The position numbers were made by a program, and so were the translations under genes. The notes below the pieces were generated by a model, which saw only the letters and a program-made list of their open reading frames with translations, did not search any database and had not been told where the DNA came from. Shown piece by piece: positions 45,232 through 55,081 of a stretch of DNA of 64,000 bases (position 1 is its first letter; each line of letters opens with the position of its first letter). Source of the DNA: Microthrixaceae bacterium. Its GTDB lineage: Bacteria; Actinomycetota; Acidimicrobiia; Acidimicrobiales; Microtrichaceae. Where the stretch lies: contig JBMOJH010000004.1 of assembly GCA_049316905.1 (NCBI GenBank), forward strand, positions 631-64,630. Reading direction: 5' to 3'.

Positions 45232-45261
45232 ACCGGCTCACTCGGGACCGGCTCATTCGGG
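45232..45261. repeat. 15-bp tandem duplication (14/15) spanning a stop codon
   Basis: ACCGGCTCACTCGGG is followed by ACCGGCTCATTCGGG. On the coding strand this reads CCCGAATGAGCCGGT then CCCGAGTGAGCCGGT, giving a second in-frame TGA. Confidence 0.9.
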
Positions 45262-47589
45262 ACAGCGGGGCCGCGCGGCGGCGCCGACCCCGGGGTTGTT
45301 GAGGAAGTACTCGTCCCGCGGATGCAGGTCGCGGTTGAGTTCGTCCTCCGGCGGCACCGGTGCCGACGGATCGCACGCGGCCGAGATCGTCGACAGGGCC
45401 CGCCACAGGCGCTCACGATCGCCCGCCGGTACGGCGGCCTCGTCGAAGCGCCGCCGCAGGCGTTGCGGGTCCAGGTCGAGTGGCTCGTTGGAGGCCACCA
45501 CGAAACGGGACCCGTTGTAGGCACCGACCTCCACCACCGCCACGTGGGGGAAGACCGCCTGCACCGAGTTGAGCACCCGCCCGTTCGGGATCCAGGTGGC
45601 CATCACGCCGTCGGGGGCGAGCCGGTCGCGGATCAGCCGGTAGTACTCCACGGAGAAGGTGTTGCCGCTGGCCGAGGAGGTGGTGCGCATGGTGTCGGTG
45701 ACGACGACGTCGAGGTCGGGGCGGTCCCCGGACTGCAGCGCGGTCCGGCCATCGCCCGTACGCAGCGTCGACCGGGGGTCCGCGAGCATCGAGGCGAGCT
45801 CGGGTCGACCGGGGGCGAGGCGGCGCAGCAGCCGAGCGATCCCGCCGCACAGCTCCACGGTGTCCACCCGGCGCACCTGGGGATCGGCCAGCACGCCGGC
45901 GGTGGTGGACCCCGCGCCGAGGCCCACCACGAGGGCTCGCGACGGGTCGTCGGCCACCAACGCCGGGGTGAGGCCGACCAGCACGTGGAAGTCGTCGAAC
46001 GGGTAGCCGTTCTGGCTCGCCCCGTTGATATGAAGCTGTGCCGAGCGGTCACCGAAGACCTTGACCACCGTTCCGCAGGACCGGTCGTCGTCCACCAGGA
46101 ACTCCGCGGTCCGGGAGCCGTCGTGGAGGAAGGACCAGAGCTGTCGGGTGCCGGGCATGCCGGCCACCAGCAGCGCAACGACCGCAACGCCCACCGCGGC
46201 GAACGCGGTTGACGCACCCGAGCGCCGATCCTCCGCCGGCGGTCGGGTCAGGAGGGCTGCCGCCACCACGACCGCCACGAGCGCGGCGGCCAGCACCCGG
46301 GCCGTGCCCCCCGTGCCCAGGCGGTCGAGCAGCACCAGGCCCGTGAGCAGCGTCCCCCCGACGTTCCCGGCGAACTGCGCGGCGCCGAGCAACCCCGTGC
46401 GTCGACCGAGGGACCGCAGGTCGCGGGTCACCAGCGCCTGGGCGAAGGGCAGGGCCGCGCCCATGCACACCACCGGCAGCGCCATCAGCACCAGCGGCAC
46501 CACCACCGTGACCAGCACCGCCGGTGCCAGCTCGATCCCGCCGAAGCCCGCGGCGAGACCATCGGTGTTGAACCAGTCGCGCAGCGGATCCCACAGCGGG
46601 GTGAGCGGCACCACGCGGATGAGCACGACCCAGCAGAGGGCCGACACGCCGGCCACCGCCAGTTGCATGCCGAGGAACCAGCGGCGACGGTCCACCACCC
46701 GACGGACCAGCCGGCTCCCCACCGCGGCGCCGAGCGACCACAGTGTGAGGTAGCCGGCCAGGACGTACGGGAAGGAGTAGGCGTTCGACCGCATGGCCGC
46801 GTCGACCACGCGGAAGAACACGGTCTGCAGGCCCAACGCCACCGCCCCGGTGACCATGACGACCACGAGCCACGGCCACACCCGTGCGGGCGCACCGGCA
46901 CCCGTCGACGCCCGTGCCGGCTCCGCAGGGGTGGGCACGGTCGGCGCCGGGCCGGCCTCCGTCACGTCATCGAGCGCACCGGCCCGGAACGCCCCCGTGG
47001 TCAGGAGGGCGGCGGCCCCGTAGGCCCCGCCGGCCAGCCAGGTCGCCGGCGCCATGCCGAACGTGCCCACCAGGTACCAGCCGGTGACGATGGCCCCCGC
47101 AGCCCCGCCGAGGGTGTTCACGGCCACCAGCCGGCCCACGGCGGCACCGGCCACGGCCGGATCGGCCACCACCGCGCGCACCAGGAGCGGCAGCGTGGCC
47201 CCCATCAGGACGGTCGGCACGGCGACCACGGCGAAGGTCACGGCGAACTGCACCCACGGCGCAGCCGCCACCGGCACGGCGCGGGTGAGCACCGGCACGC
47301 TCACCAGCGCCAGCGCGCTCACCCCGGCGGTGAGGCCCACGAACGCCGATGCCGAGCGGCGCGCCCCCAACCGGTCGGCCAGCGCACCCCCGAGCGCGCT
47401 GCCGAGGCCCAGTCCGAAGAGGAACGCGGCCACCGTGAGGGTGGTGGCGAGGAGGTCCACACCGGAGCGCAGCGCCAGGACGCGCTGCCAGGTGACCTGC
47501 AGCCCGAGTGCCCCCGCCCCGGTGAGCGCGACCACCGGGTAGACCACCGAAGAGGCCGCCACCTCACCGGACCGCCCGCCGCCCCTCAC
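45253..47589 (-). CDS. Fused multi-TM (MFS-like) / spermidine-synthase-like protein
   Basis: This is the C-terminal approximately 779 aa of track ORF 45253..48357. It has many TM segments, then a methyltransferase-fold region LVVGLGAGSTTAGVL...VDTVELCG. The start (GTG 47589) is uncertain. Confidence 0.7.
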   Translation of the reverse strand: MRGGGRSGEVAASSVVYPVVALTGAGALGLQVTWQRVLALRSGVDLLATTLTVAAFLFGLGLGSALGGALADRLGARRSASAFVGLTAGVSALALVSVPVLTRAVPVAAAPWVQFAVTFAVVAVPTVLMGATLPLLVRAVVADPAVAGAAVGRLVAVNTLGGAAGAIVTGWYLVGTFGMAPATWLAGGAYGAAALLTTGAFRAGALDDVTEAGPAPTVPTPAEPARASTGAGAPARVWPWLVVVMVTGAVALGLQTVFFRVVDAAMRSNAYSFPYVLAGYLTLWSLGAAVGSRLVRRVVDRRRWFLGMQLAVAGVSALCWVVLIRVVPLTPLWDPLRDWFNTDGLAAGFGGIELAPAVLVTVVVPLVLMALPVVCMGAALPFAQALVTRDLRSLGRRTGLLGAAQFAGNVGGTLLTGLVLLDRLGTGGTARVLAAALVAVVVAAALLTRPPAEDRRSGASTAFAAVGVAVVALLVAGMPGTRQLWSFLHDGSRTAEFLVDDDRSCGTVVKVFGDRSAQLHINGASQNGYPFDDFHVLVGLTPALVADDPSRALVVGLGAGSTTAGVLADPQVRRVDTVELCGGIARLLRRLAPGRPELASMLADPRSTLRTGDGRTALQSGDRPDLDVVVTDTMRTTSSASGNTFSVEYYRLIRDRLAPDGVMATWIPNGRVLNSVQAVFPHVAVVEVGAYNGSRFVVASNEPLDLDPQRLRRRFDEAAVPAGDRERLWRALSTISAACDPSAPVPPEDELNRDLHPRDEYFLNNPGVGAAARPRCPE

Positions 47590-47640
47590 GACGGCGAGGT
47601 TAGCGGCGACCGCCCCCGGAGCGGCAGCTACCCTCCGGCG

Positions 47641-48576
47641 GTGCCCCATCCCCGCCGCCTCCGGTTCGCCGTCGAGTTGCACCAGCCCTTCGCCGACAGG
47701 AGCTGGGCCGACACGGCCAGGGAGGCCGAACAGCTCGGCTACGCCACGGCGTTCTTCCCGGACCACTTCGACGAGGGACCCGGTCCGCTGGTGGGCATGG
47801 CACTGTGCGCCGCGGCCACCAGCGAGCTCTCCGTCGGAGCCCTCGTGCTCGACTGCGACTACCGCCACCCCGTCGTGGTGGCCCGGGAGCTCGCCACGCT
47901 GGATGCCGAGTTCCCCGGCCGCCTCGAGGTGGGCCTCGGCGCCGGGTGGAAGGCCTGGGACTACGCAGCCGCGGGCATCCCGATGGACCGCCCGGGCGTG
48001 CGGGTCTCGCGGATGATGGAGCACCTGCAGGTTCTCCGCGGGCTGTGGTCCGAGGGGCCGTTCTCGTTCGAGGGCGAGCACTACCGGATCGACGCACTCG
48101 ACGGCACCCCCGCCCCTGCCCGCCCGGGCGGCCCGCCGATCCTCATCGGCGGTGGAGCGCCGCGCCTGCTGCGCTTCGCGGGCGCCCAGGCCGACATCGT
48201 CGGGGTGAACGCGTCGATCCACTCCGGTGAGATCGACACCGACGCCGCGCACGACGGACTGCCCGAGCGCATCGACGAGAAGGTCGGCTGGGTCCGGGAG
48301 GGGGCGGGCGACCGCTTCGACGACCTCGAGCTCAACGCATGGCTCGCGGTGGCCCAACTCACCGACGACCCGTCCGTCCCGGCGATGATCGCCGAGCTGT
48401 TCGCCACCGACGAGGCCTCCCTGCGCTCGTCACCCCTGGCCCTCGTGGGCACCGAGGGCGAGGTGGAGGAGCAGCTGCTCGCCCGCCGGGACCGCTGGGG
48501 GTACTCGTACCACGTGGTCCCCGGCGACTCGGCCCACGACTTCGCACCCCTCGTGCAGCGGCTCACCGGAGCCTGA
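47641..48576 (+). CDS. Luciferase-like monooxygenase family, probably F420-dependent oxidoreductase
   Basis: Trimmed to GTG 47641 (VPHPRRLRFAVELHQPF...). LLM-type motifs are LGYATAFFPDHF and EVGLGAGW. Confidence 0.8.
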   Translation: MPHPRRLRFAVELHQPFADRSWADTAREAEQLGYATAFFPDHFDEGPGPLVGMALCAAATSELSVGALVLDCDYRHPVVVARELATLDAEFPGRLEVGLGAGWKAWDYAAAGIPMDRPGVRVSRMMEHLQVLRGLWSEGPFSFEGEHYRIDALDGTPAPARPGGPPILIGGGAPRLLRFAGAQADIVGVNASIHSGEIDTDAAHDGLPERIDEKVGWVREGAGDRFDDLELNAWLAVAQLTDDPSVPAMIAELFATDEASLRSSPLALVGTEGEVEEQLLARRDRWGYSYHVVPGDSAHDFAPLVQRLTGA

Positions 48577-48614
48577 GCGCCGCTGGTACCCTCCGCCCTG
48601 AAGGGGGTTCGGCG

Positions 48615-50075
48615 ATGCGGACAGCTGGGCGGGTTGACGGACGACGACGCGCGGCGGTCGCCGCGCTCACGGCCACGATGATCGCTGCGGCGCTCCTGGC
48701 CGCGGCGTGCTCCTCGCCGCCGCTCGTGACCTTCCCGTCCGGGTCGGGCGTCATCACCCCCGCCCGGGCCGACGTGGTGGGCCCCCTCACCCTGCGGGGT
48801 CGCGACCTCCTCGACGCCGAGGGCCGCGTGGTCCTGATCCACGGCACGAACGTCGTCACCAAGTCACCTCCGTTCCACGCGACCGCCGACGGGGCCCTGG
48901 CCCCCGCGCAGCTCGCGGCCATGCGCCGCGACGGGCTCAACGGCGTGCGCCTCGGCGTGTGGCCCGCGGCACTGATGCCTGCGCCGGGCGTGGTCGACAC
49001 CGCGTACCTGGAGGAGATCGCGGCGAACGTCGCCACCCTGACCGACGCGGGCATGTGGGTGTTGCTCGACCTGCACCAGGACGTGTTCACCGGCATGCCC
49101 GCCTGGGCCACCACGCCGGAGGCCGCGGCGCTGCCCGACCTGGTCGGCGGGGCCGAAGGGGCCTCGTGGGCGCTGGCGTACGCCTCGCCCCGGTCCCTGC
49201 GACAGTGGGACGACTGGTGGGCGCAGGTGCCGGTGGCCGGCGGTCGCAGCGCGATCGACTGGTACGGCGACGGCGTGGCCGCCCTCGCGTCCCGCTTCCG
49301 CGACGAGCCGAACGTGATCGGCATCGACCCGCTCAACGAGCCCTTCGCCGGCAGCGCCTTCCTCGACTGCGTGGGCACGTGCGGCGACCGCTACCGGGCC
49401 GTGGAGGCGATGCACCGCTCGTTCACCGACAAGGTCCGGGCGGTCGCCCCGGCGATGAACATGTGGTGGGAGCCCTTCACCATCGGCACCCCGTTCCCCG
49501 GCACGCCCGACCCGGGCCCCGGCGTGGGCCACAACTTCCACGCCTACTGCCTGGGCACCGACTCCGGGAAGCCCGAGCAGCCCCCGGCGGAGGCGTCGGC
49601 CCTCTGCGACGGACTGTTCACCTCCATCTTCGACGCGGCCGACGACCTGCGCGCCCGTTGGGACGCACCGGCGATGCTCACCGAGTTCGGCGCCTCCGCG
49701 AGCCCGCTCAACAGCACCCGCACCACGCAGATCGCCGATGAGCGTCTCATCTCGTGGTTCCACTGGGCGTGGGGGAACTACCCCGAGGTCGTCCGCACCA
49801 ACCTGGTCCGCACCTCCGCCCAGGCCACGGCCGGCACCCCGACGCTGCAACGCTTCGACCCGGCCACCGGCGCCTACGAACTTCGCTTCACTCCGGACCC
49901 GTCGGTGACGGCGCCCACGTCGATCATCGCCCCCACCGAGGTGTACCCCGCCGGCTACGCGGTGGCAGTCGACGGCGGCACGGTCACCTCCCCGGCCGCC
50001 GCCGGCCGCATCACCGTGGCCGCCGATCCCGGTGCCACCTCGGTGGTGGTGCGGGTGACGCGGCGCACGCCATAG
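48615..50075 (+). CDS. Glycoside hydrolase family 5 (cellulase/endoglycoceramidase-like) lipoprotein
   Basis: ATG 48615 follows AAGGGGG. It has the lipobox LLAAACSS, the motif HGTNVV, and the acid/base motif DPLNEP. Confidence 0.75.
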   Translation: MRTAGRVDGRRRAAVAALTATMIAAALLAAACSSPPLVTFPSGSGVITPARADVVGPLTLRGRDLLDAEGRVVLIHGTNVVTKSPPFHATADGALAPAQLAAMRRDGLNGVRLGVWPAALMPAPGVVDTAYLEEIAANVATLTDAGMWVLLDLHQDVFTGMPAWATTPEAAALPDLVGGAEGASWALAYASPRSLRQWDDWWAQVPVAGGRSAIDWYGDGVAALASRFRDEPNVIGIDPLNEPFAGSAFLDCVGTCGDRYRAVEAMHRSFTDKVRAVAPAMNMWWEPFTIGTPFPGTPDPGPGVGHNFHAYCLGTDSGKPEQPPAEASALCDGLFTSIFDAADDLRARWDAPAMLTEFGASASPLNSTRTTQIADERLISWFHWAWGNYPEVVRTNLVRTSAQATAGTPTLQRFDPATGAYELRFTPDPSVTAPTSIIAPTEVYPAGYAVAVDGGTVTSPAAAGRITVAADPGATSVVVRVTRRTP

Positions 50076-50085
50076 CGTCCGGGGC

Positions 50086-50898
50086 GTGAGCCTCCCGACC
50101 CCCTCCCCCACGACCACCGCGCTCGTCACGGGCACCTCCTCCGGCATCGGCGTGGAGATCGCCCGCGGTCTGGTGCGGCGCGGCCACGGCGTCACGCTCC
50201 TCGCCCGCCGGACCGACCGCCTCGAGGAGCTCGCCACCGACCTCCGTCGCCAGGGCGTGCGGGTCGAGGTGCTCGCCCGCGACCTCGCCGATGCCGCGGG
50301 CCGGGCCACCATCGCGGACGAGCTCGCGGAGCGTGGCCTCGCCGTGTCGGTGCTCGTGAACAACGCCGGGATCTCCACCCTCGGCCCGGTGCACCGCAGC
50401 GACCCGGCCGAGGAGCTGCGGATGGTCGAGGTGGACGTGGCCGCGGTGGTCGACCTCTGCAGCCGCTTCGTGCCGGGCATGGTGGAGCGCGGTGCCGGAG
50501 CGGTGCTCAACGTGGCGTCCACCGCGTCGTTCCAGCCGCTGCCGGGCCAGGCGGGCTACGGGGCGTCGAAGGCGTTCGTGCGCTCCTACACCGAGGCGCT
50601 CGCGGTGGAGCTGCGCGGCACCGGCGTGCACGCCACCGTGCTGTGCCCCGGCCCGGTGGAGACGGAGTTCGGCGACGTGGCCGGCTTCGACGCCGACGCC
50701 ACGAAGGAGACGCTGCCGTCGTTCATGTGGGAGACGCCGCAGGCCGTGGCCGACGTGGGGCTCCACGCCCTGGCCGCCGGGCGCACGGTCGCCATCCCGG
50801 GGCCGGCGAACCGCGTGCTGGCGATGGCCTCGTACCTCACCCCGAAGCGCCTGCTCCTGCCGTTGCTGGCCAGCCAGCACCCCGGCCTGAAGGACTGA
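50086..50898 (+). CDS. Short-chain dehydrogenase/reductase
   Basis: Motifs: VTGTSSGIG, NNAG and YGASK. Confidence 0.85.
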   Translation: MSLPTPSPTTTALVTGTSSGIGVEIARGLVRRGHGVTLLARRTDRLEELATDLRRQGVRVEVLARDLADAAGRATIADELAERGLAVSVLVNNAGISTLGPVHRSDPAEELRMVEVDVAAVVDLCSRFVPGMVERGAGAVLNVASTASFQPLPGQAGYGASKAFVRSYTEALAVELRGTGVHATVLCPGPVETEFGDVAGFDADATKETLPSFMWETPQAVADVGLHALAAGRTVAIPGPANRVLAMASYLTPKRLLLPLLASQHPGLKD

Positions 50899-50976
50899 CC
50901 GCTCGCGGGTCGGGCGATCGCGGGCTGCACCCGGGAGCGGAGGGTGGGCGACGAGGTGCAGGGCCGGCCGGGAACG

Positions 50977-51006
50977 ACGACAGCCCTGCGTGAGCAGGGC
51001 TGTCGT
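50977..51006. terminator. 13-bp perfect hairpin ACGACAGCCCTGC-gtga-GCAGGGCTGTCGT
   Basis: Read directly. It starts 7 nt downstream of the tRNA-Glu 3' end on the minus strand and also lies downstream of the plus-strand SDR gene. Confidence 0.6.
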
Positions 51007-51012
51007 GCGGTG

Positions 51013-51085
51013 CACCCCCAACGGGATTCGAACCCGTGCCGCCACCTTGAGAGGGTGGTGTCCTAGGCCACTAGACGATGGGGGC
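51013..51085 (-). tRNA. tRNA-Glu (anticodon CTC)
   Basis: Reverse complement is GCCCCCATCGTCTAGTGGCCTAGGACACCACCCTCTCAAGGTGGCGGCACGGGTTCGAATCCCGTTGGGGGTG. The cloverleaf was checked by hand, with anticodon loop CT-CTC-AA. CCA is not encoded. Confidence 0.9.
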
Positions 51086-51126
51086 CTGATGTACGCCGCA
51101 CCCGAGGGCGCTGCGATCTTGTCGAG

Positions 51127-51198
51127 CTCGGGGGGGAGGACTCGAACCCCCAATAACTGGACCAGAACCAGTTGTGTTGCCGATTACACCACCCCCGA
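51127..51198 (-). tRNA. tRNA-Gln (anticodon CTG)
   Basis: Reverse complement is TCGGGGGTGGTGTAATCGGCAACACAACTGGTTCTGGTCCAGTTATTGGGGGTTCGAGTCCTCCCCCCCGAG. All four stems pair, with anticodon loop TT-CTG-GT. CCA is not encoded. Confidence 0.9.
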
Positions 51199-51285
51199 AA
51201 GGCAGTGCCGCCCCGGAGGGCGCCGGGAGAGACTAGCCGAGCCGCCGCGATCGGCCACAACCTGACAACGGCCCCGGGGCGCCGC

Positions 51286-51969
51286 TCAGGTGGGCGCGTG
51301 ACGGAGCATCCGGCCGTAGCCGAGCACCTCTCCGACGGCCACGAGACCGGTCTCGCGGACGAGGTCACCCGATGACGCCGACACGCCCGACGCGGCCACC
51401 CGGGCGTCGAGGCCGAGCTCGCCGGCGATGCCCTGCAGCCGGCGGAGGTGGTATCCGTCGGACACGAGCGTGACGGTGCGGTCGCCGTCCGCGGCGAGCA
51501 CCCGGCTGGCCGCAGCGAGCGACTCGTAGGTGCTCGTGCCGTCGTCGACGATCACCAGGGCCGAGCGCGGCACGCCCTGCTCGGCGAGGTACCGGTACCC
51601 GGCGTAGGCCTCGGTGAAGCGGTCGCCCGGCTGCTTGGAGCCCGTGAGCACCACGCGCCGGACCACGCCGGCGTCGTAGAGGCGGTGGGCCTCGTCGAGC
51701 CGGGCCCGCAGCACCGGCGACGGGCGCCCGTTCCACTGCGCGGCGCCCAGCACGACCGCGGCGTCGGTGCGGGTGCGGTCCTCGGCCCCGGCGGTGACCA
51801 CGACCTGGGCGAAGGTGACGGCGAGGTAGCCGAGCACCACCACGACGGCGAGCGCGACGATCCGCCGCCCCCACCGGCGACGCCGGCGGGGTGGATCAGC
51901 CGGGACCGTCCGGCGTGGGTTCGCCGAGACGGTCCCGGGCGGATCGGAGACGGCGGAGTGTCTCGTCAC
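51286..51969 (-). CDS. YdcF/DUF218-family (SanA/ElyC-like) membrane-anchored protein
   Basis: Matching region: AAVVLGAAQWNGRPSPVLRARLDEAHRLY...VVLTGSK...VTLVSDGYHLRR. The GTG 51969 start implies a 74-nt overlap with the gltX 3' end. Confidence 0.7.
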   Translation of the reverse strand: MTRHSAVSDPPGTVSANPRRTVPADPPRRRRRWGRRIVALAVVVVLGYLAVTFAQVVVTAGAEDRTRTDAAVVLGAAQWNGRPSPVLRARLDEAHRLYDAGVVRRVVLTGSKQPGDRFTEAYAGYRYLAEQGVPRSALVIVDDGTSTYESLAAASRVLAADGDRTVTLVSDGYHLRRLQGIAGELGLDARVAASGVSASSGDLVRETGLVAVGEVLGYGRMLRHAPT

Positions 51970-53299
51970 GGCCCAGGATCTCCATGGACTCGAAGAGCGG
52001 TGGCCCGACTGTACGCCCTGTGAGTGCCACCCGGACGGGTGCCTGGAACTTCTTCCTGCTCGTTCCTGAGGCCTCGGCCAGCGCCATGGTCCGCTCGTAC
52101 AGTTCGGCGGACTCCCACGGCCACCCCTCGCAGCCCGAGATGACGGCGTCGAGCCACGGACCGGCCTCGGGCACCATCACCTTGGCCCACGCGGCGGGGT
52201 CCACCTCCGGCTCGGCCAGGAACAGGAAGTCCACGTAGCCGGGCACCTCGGACAGGGTCTCCACCCGGGTCTGCACCTCGCCGGCGATCCGGCCGAAGGT
52301 CTCCGCGTGGTACCGGTCGGCCCACGGCTCCCGGTCGAACCACGGCCGGGCCCGCTCGGCGAAGTGCGCCACCCCGAGGGCCCGCAGGTGCTCGCCATTG
52401 ACGAAGCGCAGCTTCTTCTGGTCGAAGAAGGCCGAGCTGTCGTTCACGTCCTCCACCCGGAACATCGGAGGGAACTCGCGCAGCGGGTCGGTGCGCACCT
52501 CCACCCCGTCGGGCGGGCCCCAACCGAGCAGCGCCAGGTAGTTGACCATCGCCTCCGGCAGGAAGCCCCGGTCGCGGTAGTCGAGCAGGGACACGTCGTC
52601 GCGGCGCTTGGACAGCTTCTTGCGCTGCTCGTTGACGATCAGCGGCAGGTGGGCGAGGCGCAGCGGCGTCCCGCCCGCGCCGATCGCGTCGCGGAGCAGC
52701 AGCTGCTTCGGCGTGACGTTGATCAGGTCCTCGCCACGGATCACGTCGGTGACGCCCATCGCCGCGTCGTCCACCGCATTCGCGATGAAGAACGTGGGCG
52801 ACCCGTCGGCCCGGCGGATCACGAAGTCCTCCAGGTTGGCGAGCTCGAAGGAGATGTCGCCACGGATCTGGTCGGTCCACCCGACCGTGCCCTCCTCGGG
52901 CACCCGGAACCGCACGGCCCGCGCCGGACCGGGACCCAGGTCGCGGTCACGGTCCGCGGGGTCGTAGGCCCGGCCGCCGACGCGGTCGCGCTCGGCCTCG
53001 GGTACCGGGTCCGACCAGTAGGCCTTCCCTTCGATCAGCAGGCGGTCGACCGCCTCCTGGTGGGCCTCCACCCGGTCGGACTGACGCACCGGGTCCTCAT
53101 CCCAGTCCAGGCCGAGCCACTCGAGCGCCTCGAAGATCACGTCCACCAGCTCCTGGCGGGACCGCTCGAGGTCGGTGTCCTCCACGCGCAGCAGGAACGT
53201 GCCACCCGCGTGGCGGGCGGCCAGCCAGTTGAACAGGGCGGTGCGGGCGCTGCCGAGGTGCAGGTACCCGGTGGGGGCGGGCGCGAATCGAACCCGCAT
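51896..53299 (-). CDS. gltX: Glutamyl-tRNA synthetase
   Basis: Trimmed to MRVRFAPAPTGYLHLGSARTALFNW (HIGH), with KLSKR (KMSKS). An alternative start is GTG 53311. Confidence 0.9.
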   Translation of the reverse strand: MRVRFAPAPTGYLHLGSARTALFNWLAARHAGGTFLLRVEDTDLERSRQELVDVIFEALEWLGLDWDEDPVRQSDRVEAHQEAVDRLLIEGKAYWSDPVPEAERDRVGGRAYDPADRDRDLGPGPARAVRFRVPEEGTVGWTDQIRGDISFELANLEDFVIRRADGSPTFFIANAVDDAAMGVTDVIRGEDLINVTPKQLLLRDAIGAGGTPLRLAHLPLIVNEQRKKLSKRRDDVSLLDYRDRGFLPEAMVNYLALLGWGPPDGVEVRTDPLREFPPMFRVEDVNDSSAFFDQKKLRFVNGEHLRALGVAHFAERARPWFDREPWADRYHAETFGRIAGEVQTRVETLSEVPGYVDFLFLAEPEVDPAAWAKVMVPEAGPWLDAVISGCEGWPWESAELYERTMALAEASGTSRKKFQAPVRVALTGRTVGPPLFESMEILGRDETLRRLRSARDRLGEPTPDGPG

Positions 53300-53394
53300 G
53301 GGAGTGCTCACGGGCCGAGAACCTACCGGCCGCCGCCCGCGGGGCCCACCGGCGCCCCCGTCCAGCGGCCGCCGCCACCTACCATTCGGGCCCG

Positions 53395-54420
<1,026 letters not shown>

Positions 54421-54440
54421 GGCCCCTACCCCGCTCGGGG

Positions 54441-54968
54441 TCAGACGTCGAGGTCGAGGCAGCTGCGCCAGTCGAGCGCGTGCCGGTCCGCCACCGTCGT
54501 GTGCGGCAGGCGAAGGATGTCGTCGGGCGCGGCGTCGACCAGGCGGCGCAGCTCCGGGTAGTGGTGCGCCAGATGCACCTCGTCGAACCACTCGCGCCGC
54601 ACCTCGACCAGCTCGGGCACCGGGCGCTCGTCGAGGAAGCCCCACAGGGTGAGGGCCACGGTGAGGTCGTGCACCACCGGGGCCCGGCCGAACAGACCCG
54701 ACCGCTTCATCGCGATCGCCGCGGCGCCGGCCAGGACATCGTCCTCGTGCTCCCCCTCGCGGAGCGTCAGCTTCCCCCGGAACTGCTCCACCAGCTTCAG
54801 CGCGTAGCCCTGGTCAGGACCGGGGGTGCCGAGCCGCTCGCCCTCGGGCTGACGGCCGTCGATCTCACCGGGGCGGTCGGCCAGCCACGAACCGGCCCGC
54901 CGGGGTGGCGACGTGTACGACCGCACGACCTGGGTGGGCTGGGTGGGGACGAACTCGGGAGCTGCCAT
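54441..54968 (-). CDS. Hypothetical protein (176 aa)
   Basis: Trimmed to MAAPEFVPTQPTQ (CAT 54966-54968). Composition is protein-like and I recognise no motif. Confidence 0.5.
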   Translation of the reverse strand: MAAPEFVPTQPTQVVRSYTSPPRRAGSWLADRPGEIDGRQPEGERLGTPGPDQGYALKLVEQFRGKLTLREGEHEDDVLAGAAAIAMKRSGLFGRAPVVHDLTVALTLWGFLDERPVPELVEVRREWFDEVHLAHHYPELRRLVDAAPDDILRLPHTTVADRHALDWRSCLDLDV

Positions 54969-55081
54969 GACGCCCTCAACGTACCCCGGCGGCGCGGGCC
55001 GACCCGAAACCCACGCCCCGCGCGGCGAGATCCGTCGCACCGCTCCCCTTATGCACGTACAACCGCTGCCGATACAACTAC

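Noticed and set aside
50899-51286. The tRNA-Glu/tRNA-Gln pair as an integration hotspot for a genomic island.
   Set aside because: I see no integrase, no duplicated tRNA 3' fragment, and no compositional break. The gltX plus tRNA-Gln/Glu arrangement is conserved actinobacterial synteny.
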